From: Hydrolagus colliei
Taxonomy: Eukaryota
Assembly: GCA_035084275.1 (NCBI GenBank)
Contig: CM068757.1
Location: 6,448,001-6,512,000, forward strand
Length of the DNA: 64,000 nt
Direction: 5' to 3'
Below the pieces are notes generated by a model. It was not told where the DNA came from and ran no database searches. It saw nothing but the letters and a program-made list of their open reading frames with translations. Made by a program: the position numbers and the translations under genes. Shown here one piece after another: positions 24,857 through 37,379 of the stretch; positions within the stretch are counted from its first letter, which is position 1; each line of letters begins with the position of its first letter.

Positions 24857-26564
24857 TCCCTGTGCCATTCTACATGAAATCCTTACAAGCACTGTCTAAA
24901 GGAGATTCTCTTTTATTTGCAGCATAAAAATAGTAAACAGGAGAAATATTCTACATATTAGAATCTACAAAGTAAACTACTTTTACAGCTTGATTTGTTT
25001 CTTCAAGTTTTGCTCATTTAATTGAGGGATACCTGAGCTATGGAATACTTCTGTTCTTTGCACACTGTAACAGTTTAACACACAGGTTAGCTAATAATAA
25101 AAATCATCCAATTTGCATACAGTCAAAATCCCATATGCAGCATTGATGTATATGAACCATTTATATGGGTAGTTGTTGGTCAGAAGAAACCCCAGTTTTG
25201 TTTCAAACATTGACGCCTTATCCAAATGACCTCTCTTCCGACAATGTATATTGCGGCTTGCTTGTAAAATACACTATCCTGCTCAACAACAAACCAAATT
25301 CAGAAGAGAATTCCCACTACACCCGTGTGGCACACTCATTTCGCACCTCATCATTTTTATGGCCTTTTTTTTTTCCTGAGTAAAACTGCCAATTTGGAGC
25401 TGAATTGTAAACAATTCTATAGTTATTGAAAAACAAACCATCCAATGTCACTCCATCCCATTTATCAAACAAGTACTCGCTAGGGGAGGGTAGGGTGTTA
25501 AGCCATTGTGCCACACATTCCTTACCTCCAATAATATTATATATATTTCTGTTCACACATAATCATTTAGAAAGGCTTCACAGCTCTGATGAATCTCCCC
25601 CTGCTGTAGATAATATAATCACCCCACAGAGAGAGAAAGGAGATGAAAATACAGCAAAAACAATACAAAAGTGCCATTTCTGTCATCATCTGTAATATGA
25701 ACACAGTTGAGATTGAAAGACAAAAGGAGATAAAAATAGATGAAGAAATTAAAGATACACAAGATAAATGGACCAGCTCTACTATTGTGAGGAAATGCAT
25801 CATGTCACACCTGATAATTTAACAGCTACAGAAGCGGGTCGTCTCTGAACAGACAGTTTTACATAACGCAAGGATTGGAAACACAGCATAGGTTAGATCA
25901 TTGGTGTGGATAATATATGTGCTCACTGCAGTAAAGCCCATTAGGACTCCACAATGAATCTTCAAAACTTAAAAGAAGCTTTGCTCAGAACACTAGACTC
26001 TTGAAAGTGAACAATTTTGTGGACATTGTAGGTGGCTCTTTTCTTTACCCAAGTATACATTCTTGAGACATCCTCCAGACATGAAAGAAATGTGAATTGT
26101 ATTGTAATGATTTTACAATTGCCAGACACTTATCTAACATATGAAAATCCATCACCGTGCTTAAGTATCTAAACCAGATAGGAGTTCAATGCATGCCACC
26201 TACATATGGAAATTCCCAATGTCCATTCTTCACAAATGACTCCAGGTACAGAGTAACGCTAGATAGTTCACCACGGGGTGGAGACATTATTGCTGAGGTT
26301 GATTTGGTCTTCATCTAATACATATATGTTTGTCATCAAGAATCAGTGAATACTAATTGGAAGCAAGAACCCAGATTGATTTGTCACCTTCCTGACCCAG
26401 TAGCATTAAACCATTCATAATAAGTGAGTGTGGAGATGTCCCTGATCTGAGAGGTTCTACTCACACACCGAATAGTGTATAGAGTGGATAGGGTGATGCA
26501 GAGGGTCGGACGAGGACAATTACAATCACAGCAACTGCACAAGAGACTTGACCCTCTCACTCTT

Positions 26565-26612
26565 CCTGTACACAGCCTGTGATTCCTGTACACAGCCTGT
26601 ACACAGCCTGTG
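26565..26612. repeat. Short tandem repeat of CCTGTACACAG (3 copies plus partials)
   Basis: cctgtacacagcctgtgattcctgtacacagcctgtacacagcctgtg. Confidence 0.85.
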
Positions 26613-26787
26613 ACACTGGCCCAAGGCCAGTGATCAGTCAAGTTACTCTACAGACTGGATTAGAATCAGAAAAAATGAATATTAAAAGCTTTTTCCCAAA
26701 GTATTGTCACTGTCTGATGGGCTAGATGAGGAGGTCCATGTGCCTGATTCCTGACTGGAAGCCAGTTTGAATGCCAATCTATTTGTA

Positions 26788-27090
26788 GAGTCCTATAGCT
26801 CAGTAGTTAGAGCACTTGCCTTGCAAACGAGAGACCCGAGTTCGATTCCAGGCAGGGCGAAACCTTGGGCACGTTTCCTTACTCCACACACCAGATAATA
26901 ATCCCTCAATAAAAAAAACAATAACAATTTGGTCACTCAATCCACGACTGTATGTGGGACACTGCTGTGCACAATTGCCTGCTGTGTTCACCCACAAATA
27001 TACAGTCAATTTACTTTACGGTACACTCTGTGAAGTGCTTTGAGATGTCTAGAAGACGTGAAAAGTGCTATATCAAATGCAAGGATAATC
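26788..27090 (+). mobile_element. tRNA-derived SINE, full length
   Basis: gagtcctatagctcagtagttagagcacttgccttgcaaacgagagacccgagttcgattcc...gtgaaaagtgctatatcaaatgcaagg. The anticodon-loop-like CTTGCAA suggests a tRNA-Ala(TGC) origin. Confidence 0.93.
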
Positions 27091-27386
27091 ATAGGGTACA
27101 AACTATTGCTCTGGTTGAGACCACAGGTTCAAATTCCCTCCTGTGATGTTCCTGTCTGAATGATAATACAGGTGGTGCCTTTATCACTGGTCCATCAGGA
27201 AAACTAAAATGCAAATCATTCAGCCAAATTGTATGAATAAAAACCACAACTCAGGATTACACACCATTTGGGGTTATTGTCAAAAGACACTGAACACAGT
27301 AAAAGATAAGTAGAATAAACAGACATTAAGTTACCAAGCCAACAGAAACAAACCAGTGAAATGTTCACTCAAACAAGCAATACCTA

Positions 27387-27536
<150 letters not shown>

Positions 27537-27574
27537 CTATAGGTTAGTGGAAAACTACTATATTTGTAGACATA

Positions 27575-27725
27575 TTAAGATGAAACACCGTACATGCATG
27601 AGGTAGAAGGGAACAGAGGGGTATGGGAGGCAGAATTAGGATGGGAGGAGGAGGCTCACATGGAGTTTAAACACCAATTAGCCAAAATGGCCTCTTTCAA
27701 CACTGTACAGTCTATGTAATTCTGT
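27575..27725 (+). mobile_element. CR1-type LINE 3' end
   Basis: aggatgggaggaggaggctcacatggagtttaaacacc...aatggcct...ctgtacagtctatgtaattctgtg. Confidence 0.6.
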
Positions 27726-28704
27726 GCAACATGTGGATTTTAAAAAAAACTCAACTTTCCAATGCAACTGATGGAAATATTTAATGGAAATATTTAAATC
27801 CAATATTTAAATCAAAGGCATGTCAATTAGAGCACATACAAAATTGTTGTGTGAATAACCATTACTGAACTACTGAATGATTTATCAATTGATGATGTTA
27901 CATACTGTAGTTCTTGGATACACAAACTGTTTATCAGATTTGATGCAACCCTGGTAGCCTTTTTAAATTTAAATAAACAATATAGACCCAAGTTACATGG
28001 GTTTCCTTTGGACCTCTTTCGTGGACACATTAATCTGATCATTTGCAATCCATGATCACATGAAAAACTTTTTTCCAAAGCTATTCAGATAAACCTGCAC
28101 TGACTAGCATTATTTGACTGCAGAATTAATTTATGTGCTTTCAAAATTATATTGAATTCTACCTACCCAAGCTTAATAATGCCACAATTTGGTTGCAATA
28201 AGGCTCATGATCGACTACATTGCAAATAGCTGTGCTTTTTTGTTATAAAAAGTCCATAAAGCTCACATTAGCATTATTAAATAATTTACATTTCAATGGC
28301 CCTTTTCAATACATTAGCAATTACCCATGAATTATTATCCACATTCGGATGTAAATGTATCTTTGCATAATGGACTTCAGTCAAATTCAATGACCATTTA
28401 TAATCCATAAACACAAATATTCAAAGTTATTATGAGAAGGGGGTTGTATTTCATTTGAACCAGCATCAATCCATTTCAACTAACATCAATACCTATTATA
28501 TTCATTTAGCTGAATATAAATATTTTTTCTGTACGCTGTACTATTGTTGGCAGTACATTCTGAGCTGCCTCATTTTCAGAAATATGTTTGCGTTTTGCTC
28601 ACGCCTCCTTGAGATCTTGACTTCTGCTGGTGTTCAGACACCAAATACACTCCAGTAACTCACACAAGTGGCTCTTCTTTATGTGATAAGTCTCCTCTTT
28701 GATG

Positions 28705-28845
28705 GACCTATCGGCAACTCCTAATCCCCCCCCCCCCACCAACCGTCATCCTCAGCTCAGGTCTGAAGCAGTAACTATCCAGTGCCTTGGGACGTCCTCC
28801 TGACGTGAAAGGGCTATACAAATGTAATTTTGGTTGTTGTTGTTT
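28705..28845 (+). mobile_element. L2 3'-terminal fragment
   Basis: cagctcaggtc...cagtgccttgggacgtcctcctgacgtgaaagggctatacaaatgtaatttt(gtt)n. Confidence 0.88.
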
Positions 28846-29287
28846 CTGGGGAAGAGGTGGATAAAGAGAAAGGGGAAGGTTTTCATTTGATATCAAAGAG
28901 ATACTAAGGATCACACAACATTGCCACCGATGCTTTACAAACAATGCTTGTCTCAAAGTGGTGTTGTTACAGGAATAAGTTTACGTTACATCCACAACTC
29001 ACAGGCACACAGATTGTGCAAGACAACAAAGAACCGATGCTGGTTTGTTCTGTAATCTGTAGAGGAATTGTAACTTTCTACTCGACTTTCTCTCTACTAT
29101 AGAATCTGGAGTCCAAATTGCTGCCTAGTGACCGTAGTTTTTATCTCGCACGATTAAGCATTCTGTAATGTTTACTGCACAAATGATGCTCACTGGCATA
29201 ATGAAATTCACAGCTTCTATCATTTCTGTAATCTTCCAAACAATTATGAGCCGGGAAGAACTACAAAGCAGGAATATGTGAAGGCAT

Positions 29288-29690
29288 CAGCCTGGCTCAG
29301 TTGGTTGCACACTCACTTTTTCAGTTAGGGCTTCAAATCCACTTTCAGTTAGGGGTTCAAACCCCATATCAAGACATTGATCTAAGTTGACTCAGTATAG
29401 CACTGAAGGACCTTTATGTTGTCCTTTAGAATATGATGTTAAAAAACTTATGTCTCAACTGCCTGTTCAGGTGGATGTTAAAGATCCCAGGCCACTCTTC
29501 AAAATGAGAAGGTAATTTCTCCCACTATCCTGAGGTTCACTTCATGGCTCTTTATGAGACATCGCTGTGGATAAATTGATTGCTGGGTTCACCTAAAAAT
29601 ACACACTCAGTGAACTCTGCAAAGCTCTTAAGAGCTTTGAGACGTTTGAAATGTGATGAGGTGTTATATCAGAATGCAAGGCTTGTTTTA
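29288..29690 (+). mobile_element. Ancient Deu-domain SINE (SacSINE1/AmnSINE1-like), near full length
   Basis: tRNA-like head (tggctcagttgg...ggttcaaacccc), Deu-like core (ctgcctgttcaggtggatgttaaagatcccaggccact...tcctg) and L2-type tail (gctttgagacg...gtgttatatc..aatgcaag). Confidence 0.7.
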
Positions 29691-30599
29691 TTAAAGAACA
29701 ACGCCATTTCTCCCTACTGCCTTACAAATGAATGGAGAATTGCTATTTTATAATGGATTCCTCAAAGCGCTCCCAGTAAGTTGTTCAAAGGCTGATTACT
29801 CAAGTATACATCAAAAGTAACTGTTAGACTTGCTTGTTGCTATTTCTAAAACGTGTTCTCCCAATCCCAATGAAATTACCAAAAGTAATCAGAAATCTGA
29901 GTGTATGCTTTACGGTGGCTGATACCCAGTACAATTACTTTCTTAATACAATGTATTAAATGATTCAGGACACAGTCAGCTAGTGACAACTGGTAATCCA
30001 CACAACCATCAAAACAAAGAACCTAAAAGAACTGTTAGAGCCACTCGGTTACTTTAATTGTTGTCAGAGGGTAAAAGGATTGTTTCAATCCTCCTTTGAC
30101 CAAGACTGGAGACCACTGAGGGCATTCACCTCATCAAGTGGCACTGAGCAGTTGTGTGGGGAGCGTGTGGTTCCACATGCCCTGGGGTGGTTCCTGTCTT
30201 TCGTTGCTGTGTAATAGATTACAAACGACTTTTGTACACAGGATTTCTCTCTACATGTGCACTGAATGAACACGTTACAGCTCTCACTCAGAATGTACAC
30301 TTGTGTGTAAGGTCACAGTCACTCCCCTCCTCCCAATACATGGTTAAGCAAGTGTAGGACTGCAAGAAGGAGACATGAATCTATATTTGCTTTGTGCCCA
30401 AATGTTGCACAGGGCCCTAGCAATTCCTCAGACTTCAAAACAACCTCATGCATTGCATTTTCTTTGTTGCCACTTCAACACAAATCATTACATTGAGACA
30501 GAAGTTTGTCTTCCATCAGCAGGGATGAGGGTTGTACTGTTAGCATTTTAGGAAGTATATAAAACTTTTGAAACAGTTGTGTTTATTGTTTGATTGGCA

Positions 30600-30785
30600 G
30601 CTCAAATGCATTTCCCAGAATATTGATGATGGTTGGCCAGGACCCTGTGAGAACTCCTTCCTTGTTTCAAAAACTATCAGGGAACTTTAATGTCCCACCC
30701 GAACGTGCAGAAAGCACTTAATGCCTCGTCTGAAATGCAGCTCTCCCCCAGCACTTCACTGGATTATCAGGGAGCGCTATTTGCA
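30600..30785 (-). mobile_element. Deu-domain SINE fragment
   Basis: ttggccaggaccctgtgagaactcc...ctttaatgtcccacccga...cctcgtctgaaa is the reverse complement of the Deu core. Confidence 0.6.
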
Positions 30786-31717
30786 ATGCAGACAAGATTT
30801 GGTTGGCAGCACAAACAACGACATAATACAAGATCTGCTTTTTTTTTAAAAAAGCCTTAATGTTAACAAAGCGGGTTGAATTCACAACTTTTTGACCTTG
30901 TGTCAAGTTTGCTGTCAACTAAACCAAGCTGATATCCAATCATATCAGGTAGTATAATTGGTCCACTTTTCAATACCCATTATACTGTTAAATGTGCCTG
31001 CTGCTGGAAGACACCACTGAAACAGAATCACCAGGTTCTAGGTCACTATAATGCGCATCGACTAATCCATTCTTCCACCCACACTCTGCCAGCGGTATTG
31101 AAAGCGTGAAATAGTATTTTTTTAAAAAATATTCTATATAATAAACCGCTTGAAGTTTGACACCATCCTAACTATGCAATTGAATTCCCAGCTCTAACTC
31201 ACTGCCACCCACCTATTGTTCTACATATAGTAACTCCAGGAGCACTAACCAGTGTAAGACTGGGTGAGTCACCTCTCAATATAACCCTGATCTTCTGTCA
31301 AATTATAGCAATGACACTTCCTTTTCCTGTCACAGCACACGTTGAACAAGAGTAACAGTGCTCTGGAAGGAACAAATTCAACAAGGCTAAGAAAAGGCTA
31401 AAAAAAAAATTAAATAGTACATCTTACATCATTTAATTGTTTGAGCTGTCATTCAACTCCCCCATTCCCTACAATTTTTAAAAAATACTTTAATAAAAGA
31501 TGTTCTATACTTGAGGACCCAAATATAACTTTCCACACCCTTAAGTGTGTTAAATGTCTTCAGTAAGGAGGTTTAACAATGCAAGGAACACAACAAAAGG
31601 TTTTCGGACTGTTATATACAGGTTCTCATTGCTCTTTCTCAAGATATAGTTGCACTGGCTACCAATCCATTTATTCAGACACAGCTTCTACATGCTTATT
31701 AATAGATGGAACTTTCT

Positions 31718-31780
31718 GTTCAGTGCCTTGGGACATCCTCCCGACATGAAAGGCACTCTACAAATGTAATTTTGTTGTTT
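31718..31780 (+). mobile_element. L2 3'-terminal fragment
   Basis: ttcagtgccttgggacatcctcccgacatgaaaggcactctacaaatgtaattttgttgtt. Confidence 0.88.
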
Positions 31781-34335
31781 CTTTCTTCTCCCCCTCCCTC
31801 CCCTCCGCCCCCCTCCAACAAAGCAAAACACCAACAAAATGTTCCCCACTAAAAATTCCAGTGAGTTTTCCACAATATGCGTTAAAATATTACATAGAAA
31901 AGAGAAGAATAACCCTCAGGCATCAGACTGTACAGTGTTTCTGGACAGGGTGGAGTAGGGTGGCACAGGGTGCTGGCAGTCACCATGTTCAGGTAGGAGC
32001 TCTGATGGGGGAAGGTCAGCCACTTATACCAATAATGGTTGCAATCTTGGCCTCATCCGATATCCACACTTTTCAGTAGGAATCACTGGACTGCAATTAG
32101 GATGAAAACCTGTCCTCACCCTTGTAGTAAATCAGACGCATTCAGGAATTTACCTCTCCACTTTACAAGGCACAAGAGACAGGGGGATTTTTCTCACCAA
32201 GTATCTGTAATGATCTCCAGAGGAATTGCAGCATTCTCACAACACTGGTGCTGAGCATTCCTGGATAATGATCAGAACGCAGACATAACTGCTGCATAAT
32301 GGCATGAATTGCTCAGACACAGCTGCTGGTACTGCTGAAATATGGGGATTTCCTTGACAGTGGTAATAGATCTATACTTTCTGCACGGGTAATTTTAAGC
32401 CTGAAAATTGAAGTGATCCACAAAAAAAAGTAATTAAATAGAATTAATGTGCTGTATATAAGAATTAAATGGATGCTGTATATTCCAAATCTGGACCCAG
32501 TGACACTTAAAGGTCATAACATAAGGAGAAATGACACAGAGTGCTGCATCAGAGGACATTTCAGAGCCCGAGTACAAAGAGAAGCGCTGTAATCCAAAAC
32601 TTCAGAGACAAACTAATGTAAAAAAAAACAAAGCAAAAATACTGAAGAAAAATCTGAAGAATCTTAAAAAGAATCTGAGCTTCACATCTAAGTCAACGCG
32701 CTTAATACTTCTTGACATGGCTGTCGACTGCCCACATCAGTCTCCGGATCTGGCTCTGCAGCTAACCATCGACACCATCGATTTATCTGTTGAGGTTTAT
32801 GGTTAGTTCACTTTAAACCTTTTGCTGTAGCTTCTAACTCCCCAGGGTGCAAGCCGGCTGGCGATGCTTTTAATGCTTTCAATAAAAGAAGTGGAAGCAT
32901 GTTAAATTTAACAGGAATGTCCTGTGTTGGAAAGGTGACCATTCTTATCGAGGGCGCAAATGGGCACTTTGGAACTCTAGTTTGCTGCTTCTGTTTTCGC
33001 TGTCATACACATCTGCTTGGGGCACATTGAAGATACCAGCGATGAGCTGGCCTTCAGATCTGCAACATGAAAAGGAATTGAGGAAGTACCAGTTAACATT
33101 ACAGCAATTTTCATTTTTAATTCATGTGATGGAGAAGATGACTTTCCGGCAACATGAGTATAGAGGGCTACACATACGGATCCGCCTCCACGCACTGAAT
33201 AATATCTGTAAAGTGCTGTCATTTCATTCAAAGGCTCCGTATGCAGCCATAGTGACTATTGAGCGCTTGTGTACTAAATAACAAAGGCATTCCATTTATA
33301 GAAACAATTGAATAAATCAAAGTGATTCACAGTGATAGAGAGGAAAACAGCATGGGTAATGTAGCTACAATATTCCCTTTCTTTTTCACACCAAGCGGGC
33401 CATCAATATACAATCCAATGTGATATTCCACGTTTTTTTTAAAAAATGAACTTTTAAAGTTCATTGCTGAAATTATATATATCGACAGGCCAGTCTGAGC
33501 ATATTCATGCAAATTATTTAATTTTAATGATTTAAAACACACCCTCATTTACAGCAAAACGTTTGAGACACTCAATGTGCAAAACAGACGGCTGAGAATA
33601 ACGAGAACAGCAACAAAGAAAGGCTCTGATGAAGGGGACTGGGGGGAGGGGGGAGTGAAGGAGGGAGGAAGAGATCTTGCACTAGAACACAATTACAGCT
33701 TACAGTATTGATGACATCGGGTCAGGCAGTGGACCAGTGCAGTTCTGATCCCATGGGGAATGGAAGCGAGGTTATTGCATTATCTCTGGCGGGTGGAAGG
33801 CGCAAACAGCATTATCTGAAGCTCGTCTTGTCATTAGTCGGATCACTGAGGCAAGATACCCACTAATAAACTTCCCCTATCTATAGAGCCCAGCTTAATT
33901 AGCACCTGCAAGCTTGGATTTGCTTGGAGCCATGAGGTGCTAATAGGGTGAACGATAAGGAAGAGGTTAGAAAGAGAGAAAAAAACATGGTAGCTGCCAA
34001 TTGAGAAAATCTGGCACACTGCATGAAATTCAGCCTGTATAATACAAACCAGAAGGTGTTAATTTAGCTGCTGAAATTTGGCAGTTGCTGATGTAGTTAT
34101 TGCTTTTGTTTTCTTGATGAACGCAAGTGCAACCCTTCTGTTGGTTTGTGAGAAGAAAACTACAATTGTGCGTATTTTTTGTACCTAAAATATACTCATT
34201 AAACTCCGAGCCAAGAAGCAAACCTGATTGAAAGGGGCATTTGTTCCCATAGAGTTTAGATATTCAGGAAAAGAAATATATGCGTGTCAGAGGACAAAAG
34301 CTAAAAGTGCAAAGAATTAATTCAACATTTATCAT

Positions 34336-34642
34336 GGAGTCCTATAGCTCAGTGGTTAGAGCAGTCGTCTTACAATCATGAGACCTGTGTTTAGAATCCA
34401 GGCAGGGTGAAACCTTGGGCAAATTTCCTTACTCCACATGCCTGAGAATAATCTGTCAAAAAAAAAACTATAATAAATTGGCCATTTCAATCCACGACTG
34501 TTTTTATGAGACACTGCAATCGGCTGCCATGTTTCAACAGCCAAACAGCAGTCACTACACTTTACACTATATTATGTGACGCGTTTTGAGACATCAAGAA
34601 GACGTGAAAAGCGCTATATCAAATGCAAGGATTATTATTAGA
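34336..34642 (+). mobile_element. tRNA-derived SINE, full length, with 12-bp flanking direct repeat
   Basis: Full copy. TTATCATGGAGT occurs at 34329-34340 and 34643-34654; the left copy overlaps the SINE 5' GGAGT. Confidence 0.93.
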
Positions 34643-34874
34643 TTATCATGGAGTAAAACTCTGATCTAAAATATTAACAAAGATTTTCTCTTATAGACTT
34701 GATTTCAAAGCCATTTTCCATTGCTGCATATGACAATGGTTTTGTGCATTGACAACATTTCACCTAATCAGTTATCACCTAAATCAGATTGAAGTTCAGG
34801 ACCTGCAAACTCAATACTAGTGAAACCAACTGTACAATTGCATGTGTGCTGCGCAGAATCCTCCATCAATCTCA

Positions 34875-35152
34875 TCACTTACACTTTAATTAAAGGACCA
34901 AAGTAGGGATGTATTGCTGAGATCATATATAAAACCTTGGTTTGACCATATTTGGAGTACCGTATAGAGTTCTAGTCCATTTACTCCAGGAAGGCTATTG
35001 GATCAAGAGTGTGCAGAGGAGATTTACAAGGACATTCCTACAGATAAGTGGATAAAGCTACAGTATCAAGGAAGACCGGGTGGATTAAAACTTTTCTCTC
35101 TGGAGACAAGATGATCAAGAAGGGACCTAACAGAGGTGTTTAAAGATATGAA
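34875..35152 (+). mobile_element. CR1 LINE ORF2 C-terminal fragment (decayed)
   Basis: LYKTLVRPxLEY-like (tatataaaaccttggtttgaccatatttggagtac), gtgcagaggagatttacaagg (VQRRFTR), agggacctaacagaggtgtttaa (GDLxEVFK). Confidence 0.75.
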
Positions 35153-35674
35153 TGTTGAATATCGGGGTGGGGGTGAACTCAGAAACGGTGAAAAGTGCTT
35201 AGAGTAGCTTCGCCTTCACAGGTGCAGGCTGGGTTGGGCACAAACATTTCTCACCCTCAGAATACTTAGGACTGGGCAACGGTTCAGAAATGCTGGATCT
35301 CAATCCTACCAAAACAGACCTGCAGGGATCAGATAACTGCATCTCCACAACTGACGTTCAACCTCCTCTTACACTGCACGACAGGAGATCAGACCAGCGC
35401 CTTGGGATGTGAAAGCCGCTATGCAAATTTAATTTTGTATTGTACCGGGTTGATAATCTCCACCAGGAGATTTGAGTTACTTGTTCCCCAGGACAACCAG
35501 CCACATCAGTAGAGTTGAGACTTTACAATCCAGCAATGCCAGGCACCAGAGTGATCATTACATTACCGATGTGGCAATCTCTACGGAATGAAGCACTGCA
35601 CTGTCTCAATCTTTAGAGCTAACTTCAGAGCATAAAAACAAGTCACTGCATGGGATAAACAGGATATAATAGTC

Positions 35675-35855
35675 ATAATAATAATGATACATAGTAATAT
35701 TTAGATACGACGTAGCATTTCATCACATTGTTGAGACTTAAAGTTGCATCACAGGATTTTAATGTGAAGTAGTGTGGCTATGTATTTGCAGACAAATGTG
35801 GCAGCCGATTTGCACACAGCAATGTTCCCACAAATAGCCGTGAAACAAGTGACTA
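35675..35855 (-). mobile_element. SINE 3' fragment
   Basis: (aat)n...catcacattgttgagac...gcagccgatttgcacacagcaatgttcccacaaa. Confidence 0.65.
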
Positions 35856-36347
35856 ATTGCAATACAAAGCGTTGCCGATACACCGGAGAATTGAACTGCA
35901 CCACAGGTGCTTGATATTTGTTCAGATTATAATTGTGACGTACAGTTTCACCATTCTCTTGTAAACGCTGCAAGTCAGTGGCCGCCTCGCCATTCGAAGT
36001 GAAGATGCAACGAGCCAATAAAGATGCCATACCAGCAGTGCACAAGAGTGAATCACCTTCATCACCAACACAAAAGGCTTCGCACTGAAACATTCCCCCA
36101 GTCCCCTCCACCAAGCTCGGTTTCTATTATTATTCCAATAATAAATCATATCATTCATCGGTTCATAAATCCAGACGCAAATAAATCCAACAACAGCTGA
36201 ATACTGTCACGCTCACCACTAACATGCCCCACTCCCTAGCACAAGGTGACATTTCCTATTCTGGAAAGAATCAGCTGGTCCAAATGATTTTTTTAAAAAA
36301 ACTGCATGTTTTATTTCAGAATACTGTGAAACCAGAAAAAAATCATC

Positions 36348-36370
36348 TGTGTGTGTGTGTGTGTGTGTGT
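36348..36370. repeat. (GT)n microsatellite
   Basis: Direct reading. Confidence 0.95.
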
Positions 36371-36959
36371 TTGTGTTTGGGGGATGCTGGGGGAAGTACC
36401 ACTGCTCATACATTTCATGACTATAATTATATAGTGTTTAGTTCCCTTGAGTGATCACATTTCCTGCACTGTTGCTCTTTCTATAAAGGTACCCTCGCAA
36501 TAAGTGCTAAAATTGACAAACTAAAATACAGGATAACATTTCCAGCCAGTGTACTACACTAAGGCAGTAACTGATTTAGGAAAGGGGGTGGGGGGGGGGG
36601 GGGGGCTGGGGGAAGAGGGAGAGGAATAATGTGTGTTGCTCACGGTATCTCAGCCACAGTTGAGGTAGTACATTAGAAGGCACTTCTGCTTTGTATAATG
36701 TAAAGAGCAAAGGCTCTCTCATCATATTTTGCTTTGCCAAGAAGGGCTGGATCCCAGACAGACATTGACCAACAACACACTTCCACAAACATATGGCTGG
36801 ACTTGACAAGTTGATTTGATCATTCTGCAGCACAAAATTAGAAAGCCAGGAGGACCGTGATTTTTGCTTCAATGTGAAATTCATCGAGACAGGCACCGCA
36901 GGGTTCCTTTAACTGATTTTAATTGAATATAGAACAGAGGAACTACCCATCGTATCTTA

Positions 36960-37075
36960 TCTTCCCCCCACCCTCCTCCACCTTCCCCGATCTCAATCCC
37001 CGACTCGGGTCCGAAACATTAATTCTCCACCACTTTGGGATGTCCTCCCGGCGTGAAAGGCGCTTATACAAACGT
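36960..37075 (+). mobile_element. L2 3'-terminal fragment (tail interrupted by the following SINE)
   Basis: gactcgggtc...ctttgggatgtcctcccggcgtgaaaggcgcttatacaaacgtaat. The tail remainder taatgttgttgt resumes at 37382. Confidence 0.85.
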
Positions 37076-37379
37076 AATAATAATCATAATCCTTGCATTT
37101 AATATGGCTCTTTTCACGTCTTCTACATGTCTCACTGCGCTTCATAGAATATACTGTAAAGTGGATTGACTGTATATTTGTGGACGAAACTCAGCAGCAA
37201 ATTGTGCACAGCAGTGTCCCAGAAACAGTCGGGGATTGAAGTTATTGTTTGTTTTTGTGCAGGATTATTATCAGGCATGCGGAGTAAGGAAACTTACCCA
37301 AGGTTACACCCTACCTGGAATCAATCCCAGGTCTCTCACTTGCGAGGTGAGTGCTCTAACCACTGAGCTACAGGATGCC
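37076..37379 (-). mobile_element. tRNA-derived SINE, full length
   Basis: Complete copy from tail (aataatcataatccttgcatt) to head (ctctaaccactgagctacagga). Confidence 0.93.

Noticed and set aside
26788-26862. tRNA-Ala-like gene (and similar heads at 3826, 6061, 15470, 34336, 37379, 52465, 55064)
   Set aside because: The acceptor stem is broken and each head continues into the same body of about 230 nt and a (TTA)n tail, so these are SINE heads.
32982-33281. 99-aa ORF resembling a signal-peptide protein
   Set aside because: It starts at TTG, has no homology I recognise, and has no supporting gene structure.
33898-33944. 10-bp inverted repeat ATTAGCACCT/AGGTGCTAAT
   Set aside because: Too short to distinguish from chance; no TSD or second copy seen.
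36051-36085. Possible preceding BRSK2 exon end (…VLVMK|gtgatt on the minus strand)
   Set aside because: The upstream codons read FSAKPF rather than NREKLSES, so this is not the exon.
36583-36620. G-quadruplex-forming G runs (also about 37593, 39239, 39582, 51961)
   Set aside because: Simple poly-G tracts are scattered through the window, with no positional evidence of function.
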